Origin: Eledone cirrhosa
Lineage: Eukaryota
DNA length: 64,000 bases
Direction of reading: 5' to 3'
NCBI GenBank assembly: GCA_964016885.1
Contig: CAXHJY010001670.1
Coordinates: 21,198 to 85,197 of the forward strand
The position numbers and the translations under genes are program-made. The notes below the pieces were generated by a model, which made no database searches, had not been told where the DNA came from, and saw only the letters and a list, made by a program, of their open reading frames with translations. Below are positions 1 to 13,057 of the stretch, in pieces; position 1 is the first letter of the stretch, and each line of letters starts with the position of its first letter.

Positions 1-304
1 TGCATCGGAACTGAGTTCATTACGTATTACAATTGTTTCCCCGGCGAACAGCTCGAGGTGCGATCTATGTGTCGATCGAACCTGACTCTAGACGTGTCTG
101 AGGAACCTGCGAATCCAGAGCCAGGTTCGATCCACACACAGATGGCACCTCGAGCTGTTCGCCGGAGAAACAATTGTAATACGTAATGAACTGAGTTCCG
201 ATGCATCACTGATTCTTCGTTTTCCATTTTATCATACTCTGCTCCGTAGCAGCATAGAGTGCTGAGCCTGCATACCACCTATGGACGCATCGTAGCTACC
301 ATAA

Positions 305-308
<4 letters not shown>
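1..308 (+). mobile_element. Fold-back mini-element, probably Penelope pseudo-LTR derived (left end cut by window)
   Basis: 1-90 is the imperfect reverse complement of 116-205; contains an HHR motif; unique tail runs into (TA)n at 309. Confidence 0.6.
92..184 (+). ncRNA. Type I hammerhead-like motif with large stem II insertion
   Basis: acgtgt-CTGAGGA-[62 nt]-GAAAC-aatt-GTA-atacgt; stem I acgtgt/atacgt pairs with one G-U; palindromic ACAATTGT stem III. Confidence 0.5.
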
Positions 309-341
<33 letters not shown>

Positions 342-487
342 GTGCATATATACATGCATACATACATGCATACATACAAACATACATACATACATATAAA
401 CATATATACATGCATATATGCATACATTCAAACATGCATAGATATATTTCTTTATTTTTTTTTTATAGATAGACACTTACAAACGTG

Positions 488-567
<80 letters not shown>

Positions 568-960
568 CACACACACACATATACATATACATATATAGAT
601 AGATATAGTTAAGAAATAGACAAGTCGCAAACACACACGTGTGTCTGTGTATGTGTCTATATATATATATGTGTGTGTGGGTGTATTATTATGTGTATTA
701 ACATTTCTTCTTTAATACAACCAAAATAAATTCTCGGAGAAAAAGAAAATGGAAGAAAAAAAAACGAGACAACAACATCAACAACAACAAAAACAACATT
801 ATTGAATGTCACAGTCACATGCTGAAGAAAACTTTATATCATACATTTTCTCTGGGGTTCCTCTACAAATTATCTTTAACAACGAGACAGCTCGGACTTT
901 CAACATGGCATATGTTCGAATTATTAGCTTCTCCTGCTTCGTCCTTTTCAGTTTGTTGAT

Positions 961-993
<33 letters not shown>

Positions 994-994
<1 letters not shown>

Positions 995-1130
995 CGAAGG
1001 AAATGTGGTAAGGAACCAGGTGGACCATAACGCACCAAAGTACTCAATACTTAGGGTAGTAGAGTGGGTAATAGGAACGAGTAAGACCCCGACGGCTGAG
1101 CTCAAGCCGTTTCGACGGCTAATTCTGGAC
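994..1130 (-). mobile_element. (TA)n-embedded mini-element family B
   Basis: Near-identical to 41587-41725 and 34044-34120; flanked by (TA)n on both sides. Confidence 0.75.
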
Positions 1131-1143
1131 TATATATATATAT

Positions 1144-1335
1144 GAAAAAGTATGACCCCGACGGCAGAGCTGAAGCCGTTTCGACGGCTATTTCTTGACT
1201 CCAGAAATAGCCGTCGAAACGGCTTGAGCTCTGCCGTCGGGGTCAAACTTTTTCCTATTTCCCACTCTACTACCATAAGTATTGAGTACTCTGGTACGTT
1301 ATGGTCCATCTGGTTCCTTACCACAATTCCTTTGT
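1144..1335 (+). mobile_element. Fold-back mini-element family B
   Basis: Inverted arms around ~1198 (gaccccgacggcagagc...gctctgccgtcggggtc); near-identical copy at 56903-57091 in opposite orientation. Confidence 0.75.
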
Positions 1336-1361
<26 letters not shown>

Positions 1362-1367
<6 letters not shown>

Positions 1368-1720
1368 TTCAAAATATTAACAAATATAGACATTCATGTG
1401 ATGAAGTATATTTTATAGATATTTCAGAGATACTGAGCTATTTCAACAGTACGTCCTCGTCAGATAAAATAAGTTGATGCTTGACATACCTTGTATGTCA
1501 AGCATCAACTTATTTTATCTGACGAGGACGTACAGTTGAAATAGCTCAGTAGCTCTGAAATATGTATAATAAAATATACTTGATCACATGAATGTCTATA
1601 TTTGTTAATATTTTGAATTAATATTAATAACTCCATAAATTCTTTTAGTGGAGTGCTTCTAATCTATTGTGAAACTTTATTCATTGATTTATTCATTGAA
1701 CCTTGTTTAACCTTTAATTA
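1362..1720 (+). mobile_element. Fold-back mini-element with ~127 bp inverted arms and HHR
   Basis: 1362-1488 pairs with 1493-1623 (centre gacatac-ctt-gtatgtc); unique ~95 bp tail then (TA)n. Confidence 0.7.
1511..1576 (+). ncRNA. Minimal type I hammerhead ribozyme motif
   Basis: tattttat-CTGACGA-[stem II]-GAAA-tatgta-TA-ataaaata; 8-bp stem I. Confidence 0.55.
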
Positions 1721-1800
1721 TATATATATATATACACACATATATATACAAACACACACACATATATACAAACACACACACATATATATATAAATATATT

Positions 1801-1970
1801 TAGAAGGAGTCGTAGCTCGACGGCTAAGCTCTTGCCGTTTTATCAACTCTTGCTATTTCAACAGCAAGAGCTCAGCCGACGGTCCGATAATATAGCAATA
1901 CTCTACTTCCCCAAGAATCGAGTATTCGGTTGAGTAATGGTGTAACTAATTTTAAACTAGTTCTCTCCTG
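1801..1970 (+). mobile_element. Diverged family-B-like fold-back element
   Basis: gacggctaagctcttgc...gcaagagctcagccg inverted arms; related tail on the opposite strand at 23782-23890. Confidence 0.5.
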
Positions 1971-1980
1971 ATATATATAT

Positions 1981-2149
1981 AGGTAAAATTTCGTTATAAC
2001 GAATTTTTCAGTATAACGACATTTTTGTCAATCCCCGAAGTAATAACAAACAAACGCTCGATTTGTTTCGGTTGATTTCGTTATAAAGAATTTTTCGTTA
2101 CAACGATTTTTTTAATGCCCAATGAATTTCGTTATAACGGAATTTCACT
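1981..2149. mobile_element. Tigger/pogo-like MITE
   Basis: Terminal inverted repeats ggtaaaatttcgttataacgaa / ttcgttataacggaatttcact, internal TTCGTTATAAC repeats, TA context. Confidence 0.65.
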
Positions 2150-2157
2150 ACGCACGC

Positions 2158-2234
<77 letters not shown>

Positions 2235-2260
2235 TCTCTCTCTCTATATATATATCACGT

Positions 2261-2557
2261 TTCCTGTTCATTGTTTACATGAACAGAATTGACATGCGCA
2301 GCCGGACTGGAAGTGACATCATGACTGGCGGGTGTAATATCAGTTGGCACGAATTTGCAGACGACATGGTGTTACTTAACTCGGCATAAGATGATCTTCG
2401 ACTTGCACTTGATAGGTTTGATGTCTAGTGCTGATTGGCTGGATTGAAAATCGGGGCTGGGAAAACTGAGACACATGTCCTCTCAAAGAAGCCTCCACAG
2501 TGCCCTCTACATGTAAATCGAGTTCCACTGAAGCAGGTAGAGAAGTTCAAGTATCTC
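2261..2557 (+). pseudogene. Non-LTR retrotransposon reverse transcriptase fragment
   Basis: One frame reads FLFIVYMNRI...EFADDMVLL...LAGLKIGAGKTE...LKQVEKFKYL with in-frame stops; (F/Y)ADD and FKYL RT motifs. Confidence 0.85.
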
Positions 2558-2764
2558 AAAGAGGTTTCCGTAGGTGGCGAGTTTGTGATTTCTCGGGAAT
2601 TCCTATATAAGTTTATCTTGGAGTAATAATATTGAAAGAGTGAAGAATAACATGGTCAACAGTACAAAAAAGGGGTTTTATTTACTGTTGACGATGTTAT
2701 TCTTCACTCTTTCATACTATATATATATATATATGACCCTGTATATATATTTGTGTGTGTGTCT

Positions 2765-3050
2765 GTGTGTGCATTGAACAATAAAAAAAAAAGACCAAAA
2801 GTTTATAGGTCCTCAATTTGTTTTACGATCGTTTCAGAGGGCTGATTGATCGTGGTAAATCGATTTGCTAAGACCATCCCACCGTCTTTTTCAGAAACAG
2901 ATATCGAGACTAGAAATAGATGATGACATAACCAAAATCTATTAGTCAATATATTGATTTATTATGATCAATCAACCCTCGAAAATGAATGTTAAACAAT
3001 GAAATGAACCTCTCTTCGATTTCTGTATTATTTTCATTGTTCAACACACA
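2765..3050. mobile_element. Old degenerate inverted-repeat element (MITE-like)
   Basis: ttgaacaat...gggctgattgatcgtggtaaatc mirrors gatttattatgatcaatcaaccc...attgttcaa. Confidence 0.4.
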
Positions 3051-3059
3051 CATACACAC

Positions 3060-4120
<1,061 letters not shown>

Positions 4121-4254
4121 TTTCAAGGTTATGCAAGATTACATATTTCATTGCTAGTTCCTCTACGTCAAAAACCAATAATTCCATACAGACAATGGTG
4201 AATTAATAACCAGCAAGGAGCGGCAACAATTGTCACACTGCAGGGCTTTCTACA

Positions 4255-4514
4255 GATACACACTCACTCATATATATATATCTGTCTCTGGCTGTGGCTG
4301 TGTGTGTATGTATATGTGTGTGTGTGTGTGAACACACTCACTCATATATATATATATATCTGGCTGTGGCTGTGTGTGTATGTATATGTGTGTGTGTGTG
4401 AACACACTCACTCATATATATATATATATATATATCTGTCTCTGGCTGTATGTATATGTGTGTGTGTGTGCGTGTGTGTGTGTGTGTGCACGTATGTATG
4501 TGTGTACGAGTACA

Positions 4515-4551
<37 letters not shown>

Positions 4552-5029
4552 ACGTATGTATGTGTGTACGAGTACATGTATGTATATGTGTGTGTGTGTG
4601 TGTGTGTGTACGTATGTATGTATGTGTGTACGAGTACATGTATGTATATATGTTCATGTATGTATGTGTGTACGTGTGCATGTATGTATATATGTACATA
4701 TATATATATGTGTGTGTGTGTGTGCACGTATGTATGTATGTATGTACGAGTACATGTATGTATATATGTTCATGTATGTATGTATTCGTATTATCTGTGT
4801 GCTTGCATCTGTATGTATGTGTGCACGTGTGCATTTATGTATATATGTACATATATATATATATGTGTGTGTGTGTGTGCACGTATGTGTGTGTGTGTGT
4901 GTGTGCACGTATGTATGTGTGTACGAGTACATGTATGTATGTGTGTTCATGTATGTATGTATTCGTATTATCTGTGTGCATGCATCTGTATGTATATGTG
5001 TACGTGTGCATTTATGTATATATGTACAC

Positions 5030-5069
<40 letters not shown>

Positions 5070-5480
5070 ATTTATGTATGTATGTGTGCATGCATGTGTA
5101 TGAATGTATGAATGTTTGTATGTTTGTATGCAAGTGTTTGTATGTATGTATCTATCTATCTCTCTCTCTCTCTATATATATATGTAATTATGTTTGTATA
5201 TGTGCACCCATGTATATATGTATGAATGTATTTATGTATGCATGTATATGTGTGAATCTATGTATATGTATATACGTATATATGTACGTATGTGTGTATG
5301 TATGTATGTATGTATGTATATATGTATGTATATATGTGTGTATGCATGTATATATGTATGAATGTATTTATGTATGCATGTATATGTGTGAATCTATGTA
5401 TATGTATATACGTATATATGTACGTATGTGTGTATGTATGTATGTATATATGTATGTATATATGTGTGTATGCATGTATA
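4255..5480. repeat. Compound TG/TA/TATG microsatellite with higher-order duplications
   Basis: Recurring blocks such as gcacgtatgtatgtgtgtacgagtacatgtatg. Confidence 0.9.
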
Positions 5481-5481
5481 T

Positions 5482-6645
5482 AAGGCAGAATTCTAGGAGA
5501 AGGAAAACTCTGATATAACACTTGCAACCCTGATGGTATCCAATGATGTTGACTTGTTCTTCTTTTTGGTAAATATCATCTTGGTTAAGAGAGTTGGACT
5601 GGCTTTGTGCAGTGCCTTTACTCACTATAAAAGCTTCACGGCACAGGCATTGCTTTATATCTGGAGATCTCTCTGCACTTGTCGTCACCTGGCACCATGG
5701 GCCCAGCACTATGTGTCAATAATTGTCACAAGTGTAGTGTTTGTACCAGAGTTTTCAAGTCGCTGGCTGGACAAAAAAGTCACACTCGTTCAGCGCATCG
5801 GTAGGAGTTCTCCTACATGGATATAAAGTAGTGGCCGTACTCGAAAACGAGTTGGCAGCCACCACCATATATGTGTGTATGCATGTATATAAGGCAGAAT
5901 TCTAGGAGAAGGAAAACTCTGATATAACACCTGCAACCCTGATGGTATCCAATGATGTTGACTTGTTCTTCTTTTTGGTAAATATCATCTTGGTTAAGAG
6001 AGTGGGACTGGCTTTGTGCAGTGCCTTTGCTCACTATGAAAGCTTCACGGCGCAGGCATTGCTTTATATCTGGAGATCTCTCTGCACTTGTCGTCACATG
6101 GTGCCATGGGCCCAGCACTATGTGTCAATGGTTGTCACAGGTGTAGTGTTTGTACCAGAGTTTTCAAGTCGCTGGCTGAACTAAAAAGTCACACTTGTTT
6201 AGCACATCGGTAGGGTTTCTCCTACATGGATATAAAGTAGTGGCCGTACTCGAAAACGAGTTGGCAGCCACCATGCATGTATATAAGGCAGAATTCTAGG
6301 AGAAGGAAAACTCTGATATAACACCTGCAACCCTGATGGTATCCAATGATGTTGACTTGTTCTTCTTTTTGGTAAATATCATCTTGGTTAAGAGAGTGGG
6401 ACTGGCTTTGTGCAATGTATTTGCTCACCATAAAAGCTTCACGGCACAGGCATTGCTTTATATCTGGAGATCTCTCTGCACTTGTCGTCACATGGTACCA
6501 TGGGCCCAGCACTATGTGTCAATAATTGTCACAAGTGTAGTGTTTGTACCAGACAAAAAGTCACACTTGTTCACCGCATCGGTAGGGGTTCTCCTACATG
6601 GATATAAAGTAGTGGCCGTACTCGAAAACGAGTTGGCAGCCACCA
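5482..6645 (+). mobile_element. Three tandem copies of the 3' ~390 bp of a non-autonomous RTE element
   Basis: Units start at 5482, 5891 and 6285 with aaggcagaattctaggagaaggaaaactctg and end with ctcgaaaacgagttggcagccacca. Confidence 0.85.
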
Positions 6646-6940
6646 TGCATGTATATATGTGTGAATATATGTATGTGTATATGTATGTATCTGTCTGTGC
6701 ATATATCTATATATTTATGTATTTGTATATATGTATGTATGTGTACATATATATATCTGAGTGTGTATATATCTATTCAAGTATGTACGAAGAAGACACG
6801 TGGACTGTTCCGCCCTTTAGCACAAGGTGGTGAGTTCGATTCCCTGCGGCGCTTTTTATTCTGGGGCCTAATTTTTCATGTTACTCCAGTCCCCTTAGCT
6901 GGCAACCATAGATGTACCTGTAACTCAAAGGGCCTGATGA

Positions 6941-7500
6941 GTCTCCCTGAGAACAACGGTAATAGTACACGTCTCTGCAGAATGTTCAGGCACTTGAACG
7001 TTGATAGAAGATGGTTTGTACTTGTAATTGAAAGGGCCAGCTTTGTCAGACACTCTGCCATGCTGAATCTCCTTGAGAACAACGGTAAAAGTACACGTCT
7101 CTGCAGAATGCTCAGGCACTTGCACGTTAATAGATGGACTGTACCTGTAATTGAATGGTTCAGCTTTGTCACATCCACGTGCCATGCTGAATCTCCCTGA
7201 GAACAACGGGAAGAATACAAGCTTCTGTGGAATGCTCAGACATTTGAACGTTAATAGAAGATGGATTGTACCTGTAATTTAAAGGGCCAGCTTTGTCACC
7301 CACTCTGTCATGCTGAATCTCCCTGAGAACAGCGATAATAGTACACGCTTCTATCGAATGCTCAGGCACTTGCACGTTAATAGAAGATGGATTGTACCTG
7401 TAATTGAAAGGGCCAGCTTTGTCACACCCACGTATCATGCCGAATCTCCCTGAAAACAACGATAATAGTACACACTGTGTCACGTTGAATCTCCCTGAGA
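6941..7500. repeat. Minisatellite, ~125 bp unit, about 4.5 copies
   Basis: aatctccctgagaacaacgg...aatgctcaggcacttgaacgttaatagaagatgg...gggccagctttgtcac recurs at ~125 bp spacing. Confidence 0.9.
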
Positions 7501-9134
7501 TTTACGTTAAGATTTTTCATAAGATGTAGCTTGTATACTGTGAACTATTTATTCATCCTACTCTCGTTGGTGTTATCTAAATATTCGATTTATGTCGAGT
7601 CTTGTTGATGATTTTTTTTTATTTTAGATTTTGGTATTCAGCTGGCTTGCTTCTGTTTAGCCGTTTCGTTCCTACGTGAATTGAAATACTCTCCTATGTG
7701 TTCTTTCAGAATGACAAGAGATATTATATACTGGTGGCTATTGACAGTAGGTCAATACATGTTATTACATATCTTTATAAACTCTTTAGTATCTTCAATA
7801 CCAACATTAGTGTTTTATTTAATTTTATTTTTATATTTTATTTTTAAAATTTTTTTCTCTATCAAAAATGATAGCTTATCGAAACGAGAAGAAAAGCTTT
7901 TTTTCCCTTTCAAACTGTGGTTTGAAACTGTTTTCCAAACTTCTATATTCTGCTGTCATTCCTGACGGATCAGTTTCATGTGGGGATAGATATTGAAAGG
8001 GTTGAGCGATGGGGTGATGTTTGCTCTTCACTGGTTTTCGATGCCTTCAGAAAATCGAGAAACATCGCAAGGAATTAGAAATATCAACTGCCATCACTGA
8101 CAGCTATTTTATGGAAGACGAAAGATGCTAAACTTGTCGAAGGTATCAAGCTGTGAAATAGTTTAAATTCGGGCGAAACACGTGTTAGCAGTTCTTTAAC
8201 TCTTACATATATACGATAGAAGGATTTGTTTTTAAAAACTAATTTTTTTTATGATAAAGTTGTTAGAAAATTGGATTTACGTATTAAGGCAAATTGTAGC
8301 GGGGAGATATTTTATACCGTCATAGATAAGAGTATAGATTGTTTTAGTACTGTTGAGAGAGAGGGGGGGGGGAGATGGTGGCTGGGAGAAAGGGGATGAG
8401 AGATGGTGGCTGAGAGAGAGAGAGAGACGGAGAGAGATGGGAGGGAGGGTGGTGAGAGATGGTGGCAGAGAGAGAGAGAGAGTAAGTAGAGGTAACGGGG
8501 GGAGGAAAACGAGAGAGAGAGAGAGTAGATATAACAGGCGAGGGAGAGGAGGAGAGAGAGAGTAGATATAACAGAGGGAAGAAGAGAAAGAAACTAGATA
8601 AAACAGGGGGAAGGAGAGAGGAAGAGAAAGAGTAGATATAAGAGAGGGAAGGGGAGAGAGAGAGTCGATATAACCACCACTACAACCACCACCACCACTA
8701 CCACCAACACTACAACCACCACTACCACCACCACAACCACCACTACACCACCAGAACCAACATCAGGTCACTCCTACTCATAACATCATTATCGATAATA
8801 TGAACGCCCCCCCCCCCCAAAAAAAAAGAACAACAACAAGAACAGAAACTCAATCTCCATCAGTGGCCCTCAACAACCCACGTCCAGCCAGTTTTATTTT
8901 ATTTATTATCTAAGAAAGAGTAAATATGTCCCGGGAGATGTAAAAATGGAATTTGGCCAGAAAACAAAATATTCATTATTTGACAGTAAATCGTTGGAAG
9001 ATTTTGCAAAACAGACAGAAAATGTAAATATTACGATATTAATGTTTTCAAGATAAAAGCTGCTGCTGCTGCTACTACTACTACTACTAATTCTAATTCT
9101 AGATAAGAAATCGTTATTAGGGTAGTTATAAGAG

Positions 9135-9705
9135 ACGGTTGATTAGTAGTAGTAGTAGAGCATCAGACAGCTTGCTGTGTGGCATAGAATTCTGGCCCTT
9201 TACACTCTGAGTTCAAATCCCGTCGAAGTTAGCTTTGCTTACTACTCCTACTACTACCACTACTACTAGATAAAACATCGTTAATAGGGTAGTTTTAAGG
9301 GACGGTGGATTAGTAGTAGTAGTAGTAGTAGCGGTAGAGCATCGGACAACCTGTTGTGCGGCAAAGAATTCTGGCCCTTTACTTTCTGAATTCATATCCC
9401 GTCAAAGTTAGCTTTGATTTTCATTCGTACGGCGTCGATAAAATAAGTACCAGTAATGCATTGGGTTCGATTTAATCGACTTTCCTTTCTTTCCAAATTG
9501 TTAGCCTTGTGCCTAAATTAGAAACCATTATTTTAGGCATAGAGTTACGGCCCTTTGCAATCTGAGTTTAAATCCCGTCGAGATTAGCTTTGCTTTTCAT
9601 CCTTACGGCGTCGATAAAATAAAGTACCAGTAACGCACTGGCGTCGATTTAATTGACTTTCGTTTCCCTCCAAATTGCTGGTCTTGTGCTTAAATTAGAA
9701 ATCGT
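9135..9705 (+). mobile_element. Cluster of tRNA-headed SINEs (Meta-domain-like core)
   Basis: B-box-like gagttcaaatccc, core gc(c/t)tttcatccttacggNgtcgataaaataaagtaccag, tail ggccttgtgcctaaattagaaac; about three copies. Confidence 0.8.
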
Positions 9706-9737
9706 TAGTTGGATAGTGTAGTGCATGCAAGTAAATA

Positions 9738-9890
9738 TACGTGGCCTAGTGGTTAGTGTTAGACTTACGATTGTAATGTTGTGGGTCAACTCCTGGGTCG
9801 GTCGGGGGAGGAGTGTGTTCTGTTCCTGAGCCAAATTCTTCCTTTTCACATGTTCCAGTCAACTCAGCTGAAAATAAATACCAACTGTAT
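9738..9890 (+). mobile_element. Second tRNA-derived SINE family, 5' part
   Basis: A-box-like tggcctagtggttag; related to 52085-52430, 14935-15135 and 36663-36850. Confidence 0.6.
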
Positions 9891-10091
9891 ATGGGGGGGA
9901 TGGGGGGAACGATTCAATGGCATCTAACATCATTTAATACGTTAGCCTCGAAACCCATATTCAATCATCCATTATAGACACAATGCTCGGACCATGTACC
10001 TTACGTCATCTTTTCTCCTGTTCGTCTTCTAGTATTTACTTGTGAAGATGTTTTCTTTAATGACTCAGTGTTAGGCGATTATACCCTAGAG

Positions 10092-12244
10092 CGGGTTTTC
10101 CCAGGATGGTCGATATCGCCCACCGTTCGGCGATTTCAACTGTTGGGTGGGCGATGAGCAACTGAACAGAAAATGGTGGGTGATTGGAAATCGTGGTGGC
10201 TGATATAAGATTTTGAGTATTAAGAAAGTATTTTAATATGTGCTACCCGAAAAAAATATTCAGAGATATGCAAAGAACTTATGAAAAAAGACCCCCAAAA
10301 CAGGAGTCTAAACGGGAACAACTGGGTCACATTCCTAGATAACATATATACAACCCCCACAAACATTTTGGTATTTTCTATAATTTTGAGAAGGGTCATT
10401 AACATTCAAATAGTTCTTCGGACAAAATAACATATTTTGAGAGGAGGGGCGGGATATAAATCAGATAAAGGACGACCAAGAATAACTTCGCTAGTGCCAG
10501 TAAAATTAAGAAGTGACCCCCAGGGTAAACTCACCAGTGTCTCCCACATCGAGGGATCACATATACATTTGACACAAGCGATGACCTTTCAGAACTCTGA
10601 TGGCATGCCGTAGACAAGGAGGCGCAGACGACAAGGCCAGATAAAATATGAGAATCCCAAGATAGGATCCGTTCAATGCGCATGCTCATATAAACAGCCA
10701 GTCATTTTAAGTTGTAGCATTTTGTTCTCGTATTTGTGGATTATTGAAAACAGACTTCGAGTAACAATACAATTTGTTGAACGAAAATTTTGTTATCTAT
10801 TGTTCCTATTATCTTTTAGTGTATTGCACGATTTTTAAACACACCAATGTCACCATTTAAGAAATATTGACGTCAATACAACATTGATTATTTATCACTT
10901 CTTCTTACCCATGTGCAACGAAGCCATGAAATCCATTTATATTCCAAGCTTGCTAACCACAAAGAAAAGCTATTGTCATATTTCTTACAACTTAAGACCT
11001 CATTCGAAAAGGGAAAAACGTTGATCTCCGAATTTCAGAAAGTAACTACGCAGCAGGATAATGGATTGATTGCGTCGTACAACATTTCATTACTGTCGCA
11101 AAGGCCGGTAAGTTCCACACTATAGGAGAAACATTATTTCGACCTGTTATTAAAGAAGTTCTCTTGGCTGTACTGCATAAAAAGCCTGACACAATTATCA
11201 AGACAATTCCACTTAGTAACAACACAATTTCTCGACGTATAAAGGAAATAACCATCGGCGTCGAACATCAACTCATCCATAAATCTCTGGAGTTTTGAAT
11301 TTTCCATACAAGCCGATGAATCAACAGTTGTGGGATGTCAATGCTTGATGATGGTATATGTTCGTTTTTTTTTGTTTAGTTTTTTTAAAGAAAATATTCA
11401 ATCTTGTGCGATATGATTCACGGATCAATTGTTGCTTGACTCAACGTCTATTTTAGATTTATTGAAGCTATTTTTATTGAGCAAAACATCCCATTAAACA
11501 ATATTGTTGCCTGTGTATTTGATGGAGCGCTTGTTATGGTAGGTAGATACAGAGGTTTCTCGTCTCTCTTAAAACTTGAACTTTCACATCCTGTTTTGAC
11601 AATTCACTGTGTGATTCACCAACAGCATTTAGTGGCAATAAATACCATTTAGTGGCAATAAATACCAACGGCAGGCTTAGTGATGTACTGCACTAAGTTA
11701 TTAAAACCATGAGCAAGCTAAAATCGAATCCTTTATCTAAACGAATTTTCCGTCAACTCTGTCTTGATAATGACGACTATGTGAGGGTTTTGTACCATAC
11801 TGAAGTACAATGAACTGTTTTATACAATAATATTTCTTTTCAAAACACTCTCCTATCCACTTCTCTGATTGTTCCAAAATGTGATAATTTTTTCTTAGTG
11901 ACATATTCGCTAACCCTAACCATAAAACTAACCTTGACCATGAAACTAAATTATATCTTTTACAATTAAATTTAATAAAAATACAGCTTTGAATGGTCAA
12001 GTTTGCTTTCATTTGTTTTTAAAACGGTATTAACAGCAGCAACCACATAAGTCAGCCTTATTTGTTACCTACCTTTGGTATTTTTTTTTTTTTTTTTTAC
12101 ATCATAAAAATTCAGTTTACGAACGAGTAACAAACCTTTACCAAACATTTTTGGTATGCTTTTGAATATTTACTATACAGGTTGGCAGTGGAAAATGTTT
12201 GCATATGAAAGTGGGCGCTGGCGCAAAAACGGTTGTTACCTCTG
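10092..12244 (+). mobile_element. Decayed Buster/Charlie-type hAT DNA transposon
   Basis: 8-bp TSD with central TA (ccctagag 10084-10091, ccttagag 12245-12252), degenerate ends, internal transposase relic. Confidence 0.8.
10915..11810 (+). pseudogene. hAT (Buster, ZBED5/ZBED8-like) transposase pseudogene
   Basis: Frameshifted segments ASYNISLL, AKAGKFHTIGETL, IPLSNNTISRRI, FSIQADEST, CVFDGALVMVGRYRG, IHCVIHQQHLVA. Confidence 0.88.
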
Positions 12245-12704
12245 CCTTAGAGTAATTGAGGACAACTATTATATAGTGTATTAGAAATATTATTTAAATT
12301 CTTAACCCTTGGGAAACCAAACGCGAAGTATAATGTGATTGAATGAATACCATCTAAAGTGAATAATTATTTATATGGTGTTTAGCTTATCGGCTTTATA
12401 CAATATCCACTTATACACTCGATTGCTTCAAAGACTTACGTTCTGTACTAAATAGCCAAGTTAAAGAATCATCACGGAACTAGTGGAATAATAGAATATA
12501 TATAGAATTAATGAACTTCATAGAAAAGATCGAATTTATTCATAGTGGTCTGTATAGTAATAATCGATTTTCTTTTCGTACGTTTTCTCTAAGCAATGCA
12601 AAATATTACTGAAGGATTATTGAAAATAATTAACTAGTCATTTTTTTTATTTTTGCGCAGTTATTTTATTCTATATATGATAATCTGTCTATTATAATAT
12701 GTAT

Positions 12705-13020
12705 GTATGGCCCCGTAACCCCTGATAGTCGTAGGGGCGCCGTATTGACATACAGCGTTTCTTTGGCATTTTAAGCCTGGCGGAGCCCATCCCTTTCCAG
12801 GCCTGAGTACAGCAAATTTCTTTCAGAAAAAGATAGAAAGTGTGTGTGTGTGAAGAAGAATCGACCCCAGTACTGGACTGGTACTTTTTTTTATCGACCT
12901 CGAAAGGATGAAAGGTAAAGTTGACCTCGGCGGGATTTGAACTCAGAGAGCAGATAATCGGAACGAATTCCATAAAGCATTCTATCAGACGTTCCAACGA
13001 CTCTGGTAATTCACCGCCTA
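12705..13020 (-). mobile_element. SINE with alternative 3' tail (tail 2)
   Basis: Same head and core as the common SINE but continues into gaaacgctgtatgtcaatacgg...gttacggggcca(taca)n; also at 13980-14285 (-) and 35425-35750 (+). Confidence 0.7.
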
Positions 13021-13057
13021 CATGTTATAATATATCATTATACTAAAGGAAACTGAA

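Noticed and set aside
8150-8192. GAAACACGTGT hammerhead-like half
   Set aside because: No CTGANGA box upstream at a usable distance.
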